Shown piece by piece: positions 1 through 10,257 of a DNA stretch of 64,000 nucleotides. The notes beneath the pieces are model-generated. The model saw only the letters and a list, made by a program, of their open reading frames with translations, ran no database searches and was not told the origin of the DNA. The DNA is from Escherichia phage DaisyDussoix: sequence record MZ501058; one strand, written 5' to 3'. Every line of letters starts with the position of its first letter. The stretch's first letter is position 1. Made by a program: the position numbers and the translations under genes.

Positions 1-198
1 CGAACAAAACTCTCTTTGTCGCGGTTAAAACGGAGACATTCGAAAGGAGCTACGCTACCCTCTTTATTAGTCAGCCAATAGACATAACGTGGAAGAACAC
101 CAGAAACGATACGAACACGAGTGATACCGTTGTTGAACTTCAGGAATTCGATTTTATCGTTAGAACCGCCAGTAGTTTCGCCCCAAGACTTAGCCATA
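1..198 (-). CDS. hypothetical protein, N-terminal part only (gene runs off window edge)
   Basis: ATG at 196-198 (rc) preceded by AGAGGAAA RBS; open frame MAKSWGETTGGSNDK... continues to position 1. Confidence 0.4.
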
Positions 199-474
199 TT
201 TTATTTCCTCTTTAAAGATTAATTTCGATTTGTTAATTGCGATTAGTGGGTTAGTGTCGATTACTAAACGTGGTATCCATACTGGAACATATTGTATGTC
301 CAAACTAGGATCGTTTGTAAACTTGTATTCGGCATAATTTCGTAGACTTAAAATTCCTAGATATTCTGCCAGTTGTCTATTAGACAATTTATTTGGATTA
401 TCAACTATTGTTGATTCATTCAAAATGAATGAGGAACCGACCAATAATTGGTGAGCATCAGGCTCTGTAAGCAT
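190..474 (-). CDS. hypothetical protein
   Basis: ORF track 94 aa; downstream of T5-type promoter; weak RBS. Confidence 0.35.
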   Translation of the reverse strand: MLTEPDAHQLLVGSSFILNESTIVDNPNKLSNRQLAEYLGILSLRNYAEYKFTNDPSLDIQYVPVWIPRLVIDTNPLIAINKSKLIFKEEIKYG

Positions 475-576
475 TCTTTTGAATAGCTTAATAATTAGGT
501 CGGAATTTCCTCTAGCTAGTAAGTATAGCTTTTCATAATCGAAGAATTTAATTTTTGTTTTCTCCTCGAATTTATG

Positions 577-621
577 TATATATTATACTAGATTTCGAGA
601 GAATTTAGCAACTAAAATTTT
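577..621 (-). promoter_or_regulatory. T5-type sigma70 promoter (-35 TTGCTA, -10 TATAAT)
   Basis: rc reads AAAAATTTTAGTTGCTA..N18..TATAAT with AT-rich upstream tract. Confidence 0.55.
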
Positions 622-677
622 TATTTTTCTGCTTCGGACTTTCTTATCAATCCGAAACTTTCTCTCTCAAATTTATG

Positions 678-716
678 TATATATTATACATCATTTATGA
701 GCTGTTGCCAAATGCA
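678..716 (-). promoter_or_regulatory. sigma70 promoter (-35 TTGGCA, 17 bp, -10 TATAAT) overlapping helicase 3' end
   Basis: rc reads TTGGCA-N17-TATAAT; tandem with the downstream promoter copy. Confidence 0.45.
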
Positions 717-2047
717 ATTTTAGCTAATTGAACTGCTTTCTCCGGAGTCATAGTAATAGTTTTCCACCCGTTGTTACGATATACTGCCATACGTCCAGAA
801 GCCTGTCTTAGTCCAGTGCCACCTTTCATAATTAGATCTACAACAATAGGGTCGAGTTTACCATCGACAATACGTTGAACACGGCCTGCAAGCTGTTCAA
901 TGAGAGATTCATTATTAATGAGGCTTCCCATTATTAAACAAGATAGCTCATTAAGGGAAATACCTTCAGAGAAGATACTTTGAGCTGCTGCAAGTACACA
1001 AGGCCCACCTTTTGCTATATCTTCCTGAATTTTTAATCGGTCATCTAAGTGGGTTGCGCCAATAATCTCATAGGTTGTGACTCCTCTCTGAGATAGTGCT
1101 TCTAGTACTGTTTGGATTAACTCTGTTCTATCACTTACAATGAGTACTTTATGCCCCATATTCACGTATAAATGTGCTAGATTTATAATAGTCTCTCGAT
1201 ATTCCGGATGGTTATATACATCATTAGCACGCAAAGCCCATGGAACATTCTGGTTTCCAGACAATTCAACTGGTACGGAGTACCTGTGGATTGTAGGAGC
1301 AACAGTATTATTAACCGGCGGGCTAAATATCTTATATCCAAAGAAATCTTTGAACATAACCTGCAAGCCATCCTTACGTTTTAGTGTACCGGATAGTCCA
1401 ATTTTATAGTGAGCACATGATATTTCTAGGAAGTTAGTGAAAGTTGTAGCTACACAATGGTGAACTTCATCAACTATAACAGTACCGAATACTTTAGAAA
1501 GATTATTCGCATGTTTATTCACTGTTTGAATATTACTGACTACAATTGGTGGATCAATATTGTACTTCCCAGAACCTATGATGCCTGGTTCAAACCCAAA
1601 CCATTTACGAACTTCTGCCGCCCACATTTCACGAATGGATGTATTCGTACAGATTACCAAAGTTTTCTGGCCAAATTTATACGCAAGTGCAAGGGCTAGG
1701 ATAGTTTTACCAAATCCAGGCTTACCATTAATAATACAAGTATCATCGCATTCTTCGTATATTGGAAGCTGATCTTCTTCACGCAATTTGAACTTAGGTT
1801 TTGGTATATCTACCGGAGCTAATGTGCGTTTATCGACTAATTCGTATTTTACTCCTTTAGCATCTAGTAAGTCCAGACGCGTAATAGGAATCCACTTAAT
1901 CTCTTTGGCAACAACACCACTATTCTTATACATAATAGGGTATTTACTAGTCATTGTCTCTATGTGATAAGTGGTTTGCTTACTACAATAATCCCAAAGT
2001 TCATCATCGGGCTTGAAATAGGCTTTATTAGATATAACAACCTTCAT
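695..2047 (-). CDS. SF2 DNA helicase (T5 D10-like)
   Basis: Walker A GKPGFGKT, DEVH box (VIVDEVHH), SGT and QLAGRVQR helicase motifs; 450 aa. Confidence 0.8.
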   Translation of the reverse strand: MKVVISNKAYFKPDDELWDYCSKQTTYHIETMTSKYPIMYKNSGVVAKEIKWIPITRLDLLDAKGVKYELVDKRTLAPVDIPKPKFKLREEDQLPIYEECDDTCIINGKPGFGKTILALALAYKFGQKTLVICTNTSIREMWAAEVRKWFGFEPGIIGSGKYNIDPPIVVSNIQTVNKHANNLSKVFGTVIVDEVHHCVATTFTNFLEISCAHYKIGLSGTLKRKDGLQVMFKDFFGYKIFSPPVNNTVAPTIHRYSVPVELSGNQNVPWALRANDVYNHPEYRETIINLAHLYVNMGHKVLIVSDRTELIQTVLEALSQRGVTTYEIIGATHLDDRLKIQEDIAKGGPCVLAAAQSIFSEGISLNELSCLIMGSLINNESLIEQLAGRVQRIVDGKLDPIVVDLIMKGGTGLRQASGRMAVYRNNGWKTITMTPEKAVQLAKIAFGNSS

Positions 2048-2541
2048 AATTTTATTCTAAGTCTAGGAATTTCAGGCTCCTCTTGATGGACTTGATAAAT
2101 AACGGGGCTATTATTTACCAGAATATAGCTTATATAAGCTGGAACATAGGATAATACAAATGGATAAGGGACTTTAGCCACATAGCATTGGTATTTTCCA
2201 TTATAAATTCTAGCTGAATGCAAAACTTTAGAGGTGACAACATCATAGAACGTAGTTTTCTTCCAATTAATAAGATTTCCATCAGAATCTATAAATTGGT
2301 TACGCTTTGACCCAACTAATTGAGACAACATTGATATTCTACCCCTAATAGGATAGAGCTTGTATGGTAATTCTTTCCGTTTCTCAAATAGGATAAGCCT
2401 ACGTTGAGAAAACGTGCCAGGCAACTTCCTGTTATCTAGCACATATTTATTATATCTTGTTGTAATTACGGAATAATCACCTTCTTGCTCAATTGATACA
2501 AACGCCCGTAACGCATAGACGGGCAATTTGAAATTAAGCAC
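2044..2541 (-). CDS. hypothetical protein
   Basis: ORF track 165 aa, overlaps polymerase stop by 8 nt (operon packing). Confidence 0.5.
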   Translation of the reverse strand: MLNFKLPVYALRAFVSIEQEGDYSVITTRYNKYVLDNRKLPGTFSQRRLILFEKRKELPYKLYPIRGRISMLSQLVGSKRNQFIDSDGNLINWKKTTFYDVVTSKVLHSARIYNGKYQCYVAKVPYPFVLSYVPAYISYILVNNSPVIYQVHQEEPEIPRLRIKL

Positions 2542-5101
2542 CGAGAATCCTTTTCACGTTATCCAGATCTTTACATACAGCAATAAACTTATCATCCTTG
2601 TACTTGCTGTGGTCTGGATGTTCTTTATCCATTGCAGCTAGTTTCTTATACTCGAACTCTGCATCAAGTAATACACCCTTGACATAACGAGTATATTCGT
2701 CATCATCAATACAAGCGATTGATGGGTGCTGTTTCTTCATCTTACCACAAGAATAGTCACGAGAACCTCCAGCTTCAGAATCTGAATCAATACCAATAGG
2801 ACAGCCAGGAATACTGATACCACGGTCTTTCTGAATATTACGAATCAGAATTTCATTGTATTGGTCGATCAAATCCTCACGAACAATAGCAACTACGGAG
2901 TCATGAACCAGCATAACAATCTTCATCTCTTGTTCTACGCCAAGAGAAATGATCTCATTATCTGCATCTACAGCACCTAAAAGTAGGCTATCAGAAGAAG
3001 CAGACTGAATGATTGCGTTAAATCCAGAACGGATTTCTTCACCCTGAACACCACGGTCTTCGGAATGGATATTATGCAGACGACGTTTACGACCAAAGTG
3101 ACTATAGATAAATCCATGATTCTTGATCTGATCGTGGCACTTATCAATCCAACGCTTAAGCTGTGGGAACTGACCGAAGTAAGTTTCAATGTACTCTTTA
3201 GCATCTGCAACAGTACATTCAACAAACGGTTCACCAGTTTTGGCTGCTTGTTCTAGCAATGCTTCGTTAACAGAATGTGCTACTTTAGCCGGGCCAGAAC
3301 CGTATAGAATACCGAAGGTAATTGCTTTAGCTGCTTGACGCAGAGCCGGGAATAACTTTTTAACATCACGAGGTTCGCATTGGAGCTTAAATACCATGTG
3401 TGCGATGTTAGAGTGGAAGTCAGGGTATTTATCAGGTTCATTTCTCATGTTGATAAATACTTGTTGCATATTTCTATCCCCAGATAGAACAGCAGCATAA
3501 TAAACTTCCGCAGTTGTTAAGTCCCATGCGATTACACGATACCCAAGAGGAGCTACTACACAACCCTTGATAATAGATTCATCACGGGGTAACTGTTGCA
3601 GGTTCAGTTTACCAGAAGAACTCAGACGACCAGAAGTAGTCATATGTTCATGGAAACCAGTACGAATGCAACCATCTGCATCAATACTCAGAAGAATCTT
3701 CTCAACATAAGTAGAGATTAGCTTAGTCAGCTTACGAATCTCTAGTAGAGTTTTAGCAATTGGATGCTGCGTAGCCAGTTCATTCAGAGCTTCTGCGTTT
3801 GTAGAATCTGCACCAGTATCTGTTAACTTACCAGTTGGAGTCAAACCAACATAATCGAACAGAAGAACACGAAGTTGTTTAACAGAGTTCGGGTTAAATG
3901 CTTCATTCTGATCTTGTTCTAGCTGTTTAACTTCTGGATAAGTGTACAGTTTCTCACGGGCTTTATTCAAATTATGAGTCAATTGATACTGAGCTTCTTT
4001 CAAACGATCAATAGAGATAGGTACTCCACGATCCTCAACACGTTGCAAGAATACGCAACCAGGCATCAAAACATCATAATACAGACTGCAAAGTTTTTCA
4101 TTCTTCTCAATTTTCGGTAAGAAGAAGTTGTGCAAACGTAGGGTGGCATCTGTATCTTTCGCAGCGTAAGGCCACATAATATCAAACGGAATTAAATCAT
4201 AGGTGAAATCTTCTTTCTTGATTTTATGTGCTTTGCAGTAATCATCTTTGAACTTATCTAGTTCGAAGTCATAGTCACCCATATCGGTATACTTCATTGC
4301 TAGAGATTTCAAGCCATGAGTACCACGACGTTCATCTAGAACATAATGCTGCAACATGGTATCATGGAGCCTGCGTTCTTTATGTGCTTTATCAAAAGTA
4401 AGTCCCAGATGGTACTTATAAAAGTGCATATCAAACTTCAAGTTGTGAAAAACAATAGTGTGGTTTTCACTATCCAGAATTTTCTGGAGATAATATACTG
4501 CAACCTCTGTGAGACAATCAGAATCGATATATACACCCTGATACTCTTGGTGAGACATAGAAACACCGAGCAGATAACCATCTCGACAGTATAGTGCTGA
4601 GGTTTCGGAGTCGAATGCGACAGGTCCGATAACCATATTATACACCATCTTGATATATTCTTCTGCCTCGTCAGGGTCAGTAATAGGACGGTAATCACCA
4701 GCTTTTGCAATCTTCTCACGACCATTGATAATATCGTGGATATTCTCTACTGTTGCATCAAAAACTGGTTTCATTTCAGGTTTAAAGTGTAACTGGGCTG
4801 GGCTGATACTCGCAATCCAGTTAGCATATCCATTATACTCTACACGTTTACCGGTATAATCACCAATACCTTTCTTACCTGCAAAGTACAGAAAAGGTTC
4901 GGCACCTACCAATATAACAAAATCATAATCATTCGGGTCAAATGGGTTTTCCGGAGTCCCGATAGTAATATGCTTTTTGAGCAAACGACCGGACAACTTC
5001 TCGTTACACATATGGAATACATCAACTTCCTCGCCGTATAGCTGGAAATGTTTATCATAACGAGTGTTGTTTAGAGCTTTATCAACTACTGCGATTTTCA
5101 A
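2534..5101 (-). CDS. DNA polymerase, family A, with 3'-5' exonuclease domain
   Basis: 855 aa; exo motifs (FDSET), pol motifs (DYSQIELR-like, KAITFGILYG, VHDS); length matches T5 DNA polymerase. Confidence 0.9.
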   Translation of the reverse strand: MKIAVVDKALNNTRYDKHFQLYGEEVDVFHMCNEKLSGRLLKKHITIGTPENPFDPNDYDFVILVGAEPFLYFAGKKGIGDYTGKRVEYNGYANWIASISPAQLHFKPEMKPVFDATVENIHDIINGREKIAKAGDYRPITDPDEAEEYIKMVYNMVIGPVAFDSETSALYCRDGYLLGVSMSHQEYQGVYIDSDCLTEVAVYYLQKILDSENHTIVFHNLKFDMHFYKYHLGLTFDKAHKERRLHDTMLQHYVLDERRGTHGLKSLAMKYTDMGDYDFELDKFKDDYCKAHKIKKEDFTYDLIPFDIMWPYAAKDTDATLRLHNFFLPKIEKNEKLCSLYYDVLMPGCVFLQRVEDRGVPISIDRLKEAQYQLTHNLNKAREKLYTYPEVKQLEQDQNEAFNPNSVKQLRVLLFDYVGLTPTGKLTDTGADSTNAEALNELATQHPIAKTLLEIRKLTKLISTYVEKILLSIDADGCIRTGFHEHMTTSGRLSSSGKLNLQQLPRDESIIKGCVVAPLGYRVIAWDLTTAEVYYAAVLSGDRNMQQVFINMRNEPDKYPDFHSNIAHMVFKLQCEPRDVKKLFPALRQAAKAITFGILYGSGPAKVAHSVNEALLEQAAKTGEPFVECTVADAKEYIETYFGQFPQLKRWIDKCHDQIKNHGFIYSHFGRKRRLHNIHSEDRGVQGEEIRSGFNAIIQSASSDSLLLGAVDADNEIISLGVEQEMKIVMLVHDSVVAIVREDLIDQYNEILIRNIQKDRGISIPGCPIGIDSDSEAGGSRDYSCGKMKKQHPSIACIDDDEYTRYVKGVLLDAEFEYKKLAAMDKEHPDHSKYKDDKFIAVCKDLDNVKRILGA

Positions 5102-5194
5102 ATTTAATCTCCTCTTGGTAAGTAAGTATAACTTCAGTGTTTCTTCTCTAACTTACCAATATATTATATCAAAATATTGGGATAATAGCAAATA

Positions 5195-5524
5195 CTATTT
5201 ATAGGTATGGAGTAATTTACGCATTTCATTGCGCTGCTTTTCTAGTACCCGAAATTCTTCGTCTATACGCAGAAAAGCATCTAGTGCTTTCATAGATTGC
5301 TCAGTATTTTCTACAACAGCCCAATCATATGTTAGGTATACTTCTTGACCTGTATCTTTTACTTTAAAGTAAATATAAGATGCAGGTAATTTAGGATCAC
5401 CAAATAAATGGAAATTCTTTCGTTTATTAAGGGACTCCAGTGTTGTGAATCGCTCTAGTTTAACCTCTTTGTGTGTTATACTATCATACACTGGAACATC
5501 CGCATAAATATATATGTATTCCAT
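5195..5524 (-). CDS. hypothetical protein
   Basis: ORF track 109 aa between primase and polymerase. Confidence 0.5.
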   Translation of the reverse strand: MEYIYIYADVPVYDSITHKEVKLERFTTLESLNKRKNFHLFGDPKLPASYIYFKVKDTGQEVYLTYDWAVVENTEQSMKALDAFLRIDEEFRVLEKQRNEMRKLLHTYK

Positions 5525-5550
5525 AGTAGCTCCTCAGTTATTTAGGATTA

Positions 5551-6441
5551 TTATACCAAATCTTTAAGTGATTCAGCAACTAAAATTTCAATACGTTTTG
5601 CTAACATATCAATTTCTTCTTTATTTAAGTCACCTGGGTCTTTACCTTCAGGCAGAAGAAAGTTAGCCACTACAGGTGTTAAACGCGTTTTTGTACGAAT
5701 TAGCTTGGCCAATGCTTGTGCAGCCTTATTACCAGAAGCATCATTATCTAGTAAGATAACAACAACTTTTACACCAGCAATAATATAGGGGCTGAACTTA
5801 TCTGCAATGTTATCCGAAGTAAACTGATGTGTACCGAAGCAACAAGAAGCATAGTCTATACCATTATCCTCTAGATTCAGCATATCAAAGATACCTTCAA
5901 CTAGAATAAGAACTGGAGTATTATATCGTACAGGGAAAATCGGTGGTGAAACTTGTTTTGGTTTTACTAAGTATTTAGGAGGGGCAGAACTGTTTATAGA
6001 ACGACCCAAAAATAGGATATTGCGTCCAACAGCATCTGTGATTGGGAATACAATTCTGCCTTCCCAGTTCTCTTGATGTTGGAAAGCAAAATATTTCTTC
6101 AAGGTCTTAGAACTGATACCTCGGAAATCACCTTCAAAAAGAAAGGCAGATTCTGGGATTGCAAGATTCGTAGATCCATTTCTAATCTCAGAAATTTTTT
6201 TACGTACTTGGGATAGTCTTGGAGATTGTCTATATTGAGTCTCATTAAAATAATGATAAATACTAGGTATACCTTTGCCAAAACCGCAACTCAAGCAGTG
6301 CATAATCCCGGTTTCAGGATCAATACGCAAACTTGGGTGTTTATCATCATGATCTGGGTTTAAGCAACAGATTAAAATATCTCCACCAGTATCTTTATAC
6401 TCAATTCCCTTAAGATCAAGTAATTCTGTTATTCTACTCAT
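5551..6441 (-). CDS. DNA primase (DnaG-like zinc finger + TOPRIM)
   Basis: Zn-binding CxxH...CLSC near N-terminus; TOPRIM-like EGIFDMLNLE ... VVILLDNDASGNKAA. Confidence 0.75.
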   Translation of the reverse strand: MSRITELLDLKGIEYKDTGGDILICCLNPDHDDKHPSLRIDPETGIMHCLSCGFGKGIPSIYHYFNETQYRQSPRLSQVRKKISEIRNGSTNLAIPESAFLFEGDFRGISSKTLKKYFAFQHQENWEGRIVFPITDAVGRNILFLGRSINSSAPPKYLVKPKQVSPPIFPVRYNTPVLILVEGIFDMLNLEDNGIDYASCCFGTHQFTSDNIADKFSPYIIAGVKVVVILLDNDASGNKAAQALAKLIRTKTRLTPVVANFLLPEGKDPGDLNKEEIDMLAKRIEILVAESLKDLV

Positions 6442-6971
6442 GAATTTATCTCCTCTAATGCAGGATAATTAGACGGGTCGAATATTTCTTGAATAGCATT
6501 TTCCCCATGAAATTGTAATCGTAGCTTATTAATCTTATCTACTGCTGATTCTAAATTCTGGTACTCAAAATATCCACCGAATATTTTCTTTTTATTGGTA
6601 TCTCTTAGTTGAACTTGCCATTTTTGCCGTTGTTTATTCCAACTAACTCCTATATACCCTGATTTACTTTTAGCTGCTTTATTCCTACTATTCTCTTGGT
6701 GAGAAGAATCTTTAAGATTAACCCAACGATTATCCCTTCGTATACGGTTTATATGGTCTACTTCTTCAGGTAAATAACCTTCCATATAGAGAAAAGCTAG
6801 TTGATGCGCATAGTAAGGCTTTCCATCTACCCATATACATATATAATCATCTTTTCTTAAAGAGCCAGCTATACTACCAGCTTTCTGATTACCTCTAGAT
6901 ACTTTTCTAGTAAACTCCCCAGTTTCTGGGGAGTAATCAAATAACTCTTTTAGCCTTTCCTGTGTTATCAT
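6438..6971 (-). CDS. HNH homing endonuclease (AP2-domain type)
   Basis: 177 aa; YxAHxLAFLYMEG...VDHINRIRRDNRWxNL; 5 paralogs in window. Confidence 0.8.
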   Translation of the reverse strand: MITQERLKELFDYSPETGEFTRKVSRGNQKAGSIAGSLRKDDYICIWVDGKPYYAHQLAFLYMEGYLPEEVDHINRIRRDNRWVNLKDSSHQENSRNKAAKSKSGYIGVSWNKQRQKWQVQLRDTNKKKIFGGYFEYQNLESAVDKINKLRLQFHGENAIQEIFDPSNYPALEEINS

Positions 6972-8491
6972 ATATCGCTGGCCTGTTCACCTGTTGAATT
7001 TTCAGCTTTGTCTTTCTTAGCACGTTTAGATTGAGCCAGCTTATCCTTCTCAATAGGGATAACGAACTCAGCTTCCATTTGAGATATATCTTCCATTGCG
7101 AGATTGGTAGTGTTATCCATCCGCAGGGTTTCCCAGTTCATTTTAGGCATAAACTTCACGCTATCAGAAGAACGAGTCTTAACGAAGTCAAACATAATAG
7201 CACCTTGACCATTATCCGCTTTTGCAGCATTAAGATTAGCAGCCATGTCTGCGGAATCAAGAATCCCCTTTGACATACGTGTTCTACCATCTTGATCAAT
7301 CTGGTAAGGAGCTACACCAGCCACGTTATGTTTCTGGCAGATAGATTTGAAAGACGAGCTAACAACCATCTGTTCTTTCCAGTCATACATATCAATGGTT
7401 TTAGAGTCTGGAAGTCGGGTTTGGTTAATATAGTCTAGTAAAGCTACTGTAACTTTATCCCCATATCTAGCAACTAATTTATTTAATTCTACGTCAACTG
7501 TTGTAATAGACAGCTCAGGATCATAAACAATAATCATAGGAGTATGTAGCTCATACCCTTCTATTAGCTTACTTTCCATATCGTAGAAATCACTCATCTT
7601 AGCCATTGTGTACTGTTTAACGAAGTTATCGAAAAGCTCTTCACCACCGTTAAACATCCTAGCTCTAGTTCTGGCTAATCTCAACAGAGCTGCACCTTCT
7701 AGAGTATTATTACGCATTGCTAGTGCTGATACACCAGCTAACATAGCTAGATTACGTCTAAATACTTCATGTTCTTTCATCTCAATTGAGAAGTATGGAG
7801 CAATATCTCCATTCAAATATTGCTGAACCTGTATGTTTGAACAGATAATGGATTTACCAGTACCACGCCAACCACCAAGCAGTAACGTTTCTGTGCGAGC
7901 TAAACCAATTTGAGCGTCGAACTCATTACAAATACCAAGAGCGATTAAGTTCAGTTTGGTATCTTCTTCTCTCTGGAAAATACGCATGTTATCTGCGTTG
8001 AATACTTTTCCAGTATTCGTTACTTTCTCTTCTAATTTTAAGTGAAGGGAGGCAACTCGGTTAAGAATTTCTCCCTGATCCAGCATTGTTAAGTCTTGAA
8101 GCACGTCTGTTTCTAGGAGCTTCAGGAATAAATCCTGTGTATATTCAGCCTCTAGGACTTCAAGTGCCTGTTCCATGCTCACTTCTGGAATTTGAGTGTT
8201 AGCTAAGACGACTAGAGCTTGAGAAAGGCGGGCGTTCCTATTAGCTTCAAGCATAAGTGCGTCAATGGACGGCATTGTGTTATATTTTTTATAATAATTC
8301 TGGACGGCTTGGTAAATTGAGGAGAAAGCGTCATTAAAATGATCTTTATGCAGTTTTGAGAATGTTTCCAATGCTATTTGCTTCTGTTCGGAAGCTAGAA
8401 GCATCTTCAACACTACAGCTTGCACGTTAAACAAGGTCATTCTCCTTTGCACGCTTTCGTGCCTTCTAAATGCAAAAAGGGGAAGGAGCAT
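6968..8491 (-). CDS. DnaB-like replicative helicase (true start probably ATG at 8440)
   Basis: Walker A GGWRGTGKS, FSIEMK and LLDYINQ DnaB C-domain motifs; annotated start lies inside a terminator-like hairpin. Confidence 0.7.
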   Translation of the reverse strand: MLLPLFAFRRHESVQRRMTLFNVQAVVLKMLLASEQKQIALETFSKLHKDHFNDAFSSIYQAVQNYYKKYNTMPSIDALMLEANRNARLSQALVVLANTQIPEVSMEQALEVLEAEYTQDLFLKLLETDVLQDLTMLDQGEILNRVASLHLKLEEKVTNTGKVFNADNMRIFQREEDTKLNLIALGICNEFDAQIGLARTETLLLGGWRGTGKSIICSNIQVQQYLNGDIAPYFSIEMKEHEVFRRNLAMLAGVSALAMRNNTLEGAALLRLARTRARMFNGGEELFDNFVKQYTMAKMSDFYDMESKLIEGYELHTPMIIVYDPELSITTVDVELNKLVARYGDKVTVALLDYINQTRLPDSKTIDMYDWKEQMVVSSSFKSICQKHNVAGVAPYQIDQDGRTRMSKGILDSADMAANLNAAKADNGQGAIMFDFVKTRSSDSVKFMPKMNWETLRMDNTTNLAMEDISQMEAEFVIPIEKDKLAQSKRAKKDKAENSTGEQASDI

Positions 8492-8512
8492 AGCCCCCTC
8501 CCCTTAGGTTTA
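8468..8512 (-). terminator. intrinsic terminator-like hairpin + U-tract between D5-like gene and helicase
   Basis: minus strand AAGGGGAGGGGGCUAUGCUCCUUCCCCUUUUUGCAUUU. Confidence 0.45.
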
Positions 8513-8522
8513 ATTTACCAGA

Positions 8523-9290
8523 TTATTCAGCAGCCGCAGCTTTTGCATCCAGTTTAGCACGCTTAGCGGCACCATCATAGTCCTTAGCAACCAGACCACG
8601 ACGAGACAGCATAGATTTAACACCGCGCTCAGACTTACCAGTTTTCTCAGCGATCTCAGCAACAGTCATGTTAACCAGATCCAGCCCTTCTAACAGATCT
8701 TCACGAGTTTTAGCACTTGAAGTTTCCTGTACCGGCATAGCGGCGATACGACCTTCACGAAGCAGGCTCAGAGCTTTACCACGGATCTGCTTGATATTAC
8801 GACCGAAGTGAGCAGCGATAGCTTCAATAGTAGCCCCAGCAACAACCTGATTAACAAAATCAGTTTCTTCATCAGGAGTGAAGGAACGAACAGCGGCAGT
8901 TTTTTCAGTTGGTTTAACAGAAGCGGTCATTTCCAGACTCAGGATCTTACCCTGTACCTGTTTAGCACCGAACTGACCACCAGCCACAGCAGCAGCGATT
9001 TCAGCATAGGTATACTGACCAGCATGAGCGTTCAGGAAATCAACCAGTTCAGCTTCCTGCTCAGGAGTCCACGGGGATTTCTGTACTTCGTTAGCTTTCT
9101 GTACTTCAAAACCTTCTTTACGCAGTTTAGAGCCAACAGAGCGAGCAGTAACATCTTTGCCAGTTTCAGCAGCCAGTTCAGTAGCAATAGCAGCTACTTG
9201 TTCTTGAGAGATTACAGCAACACCCAGAGCAGTGGCTTTTGCTTTCAGAGACTCGGTTACACCTTCTACGTTCCAGTTCAGTTTAGACAT
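8523..9290 (-). CDS. Ala-rich DNA-binding-like protein with four HTH-like repeats (possible T5 D5 homolog)
   Basis: 255 aa; repeated xxEIAxxxGKxxxxVxxKLxxxG units; about 28 kDa. Confidence 0.5.
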   Translation of the reverse strand: MSKLNWNVEGVTESLKAKATALGVAVISQEQVAAIATELAAETGKDVTARSVGSKLRKEGFEVQKANEVQKSPWTPEQEAELVDFLNAHAGQYTYAEIAAAVAGGQFGAKQVQGKILSLEMTASVKPTEKTAAVRSFTPDEETDFVNQVVAGATIEAIAAHFGRNIKQIRGKALSLLREGRIAAMPVQETSSAKTREDLLEGLDLVNMTVAEIAEKTGKSERGVKSMLSRRGLVAKDYDGAAKRAKLDAKAAAAE

Positions 9291-10056
9291 TATTATTTTT
9301 CTCCAATAGTTCTTTAATCGACAGGATTTCTATCCCATTCGTTTCGGCTTTCTTATAAGATGAGGAAGAACGTTTTGATTCATCCTCACAGATCAGGTAT
9401 TTGACGTCTTTGGTAACGGATTTCTTAACCGTATATCCTAGACCTTCTAAATAGTTTGTTGCATCCGTTCTATTTGCAAAATCTTGCAAAGATCCGGTAA
9501 TACATACCGCGATTTTATTTGGCTGGGCAACTAAATCATCAGTAACGACGGTTTTAGCTTTCGCACCTTTTGAAAATTTCCACGGTAATTCGATAACATC
9601 CTTGCCTTGTGGGGAATTTAGCCAGGCTTTATAATTTTCTCCAGCCTTGCCGTCAGCCTTCACATCATGGAAGCTAGTGCAATTTTGGGATAATTTCTTT
9701 GCTGCAACCTCTCCGATTAGAGGGATTCCTAAAGAACCGAGAACTGAACCAAAGTCAATGTCTCCGCGAACTTTAGTATTTAATTCGCTAATTAACTTAG
9801 CGGCAACCTTGCTACCCACGGCTCTAACCAAATCTTCTTCGGTTAGGTAAAATAGTTCTGAAATCTTCGTCAGCTCCAGCTTCTCAATAGTTTTTGGGCC
9901 AAAGCCCTTTAACTTCATTTTTGTACAGAAGTTCTCAATTAACTTACTTGATTGCGCTGGACAGTTGGACTTATTCCGACAGAATAATTGTCCGTTGACA
10001 AGATCTAGCTTAGAACCACAAGAGGGACATTGTGTTGGAATTTCGATTTTCATCAA
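9283..10056 (-). CDS. lig: NAD-dependent DNA ligase, C-terminal subunit (Zn finger, HhH, BRCT)
   Basis: CPSCGSKL...CRNKSNC zinc finger, HhH region, BRCT-like C-terminus. Confidence 0.8.
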   Translation of the reverse strand: MMKIEIPTQCPSCGSKLDLVNGQLFCRNKSNCPAQSSKLIENFCTKMKLKGFGPKTIEKLELTKISELFYLTEEDLVRAVGSKVAAKLISELNTKVRGDIDFGSVLGSLGIPLIGEVAAKKLSQNCTSFHDVKADGKAGENYKAWLNSPQGKDVIELPWKFSKGAKAKTVVTDDLVAQPNKIAVCITGSLQDFANRTDATNYLEGLGYTVKKSVTKDVKYLICEDESKRSSSSYKKAETNGIEILSIKELLEKNNNV

Positions 10057-10077
10057 ATTTCTTCCTTATCAATTTAT

Positions 10078-10120
10078 ATAAATATTATAGCAAGTATTTA
10101 AGCATTTAGCAACTACAATT
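10078..10120 (-). promoter_or_regulatory. T5-type promoter inside the ligase split
   Basis: rc AAAATTGTAGTTGCTA-N17-TATAAT. Confidence 0.55.
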
Positions 10121-10171
10121 TTAACTAACTTTGCTTACCCTCGCCATAACTTTCTATCCCTCAACTGAATG

Positions 10172-10212
10172 ATAATAGTATATACCTAAGCGGCGAAAAT
10201 GTCAATAACCAC
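10172..10212 (-). promoter_or_regulatory. consensus-like sigma70 promoter (TTGACA-N17-TATACT) inside the ligase split
   Basis: rc GGTTATTGACATTTTCGCCGCTTAGGTATATACT. Confidence 0.5.
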
Positions 10213-10257
10213 TTTATAATTCCGATATGGTAGATGGGTAGCAAAGGGTTACATATA

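Noticed and set aside
1140-1772. Plus-strand ORFs inside the helicase gene (1140..1409, 1457..1699, 1560..1772) and minus 1183..1371
   Set aside because: Embedded in or antisense to a gene with clear helicase motifs; no RBS or promoter context.
8808-9317. Plus-strand 169-aa ORF antisense to the 255-aa DNA-binding-like gene
   Set aside because: Ser/Phe-rich low-complexity translation opposite an Ala-rich gene; typical antisense shadow ORF.
10057-10257. Possibility that the ligase is interrupted by an intron or intein
   Set aside because: The 200-bp spacer is far too short for a group I/II intron, contains two promoters, and both halves have their own start and stop codons; an intein would be in-frame protein sequence.
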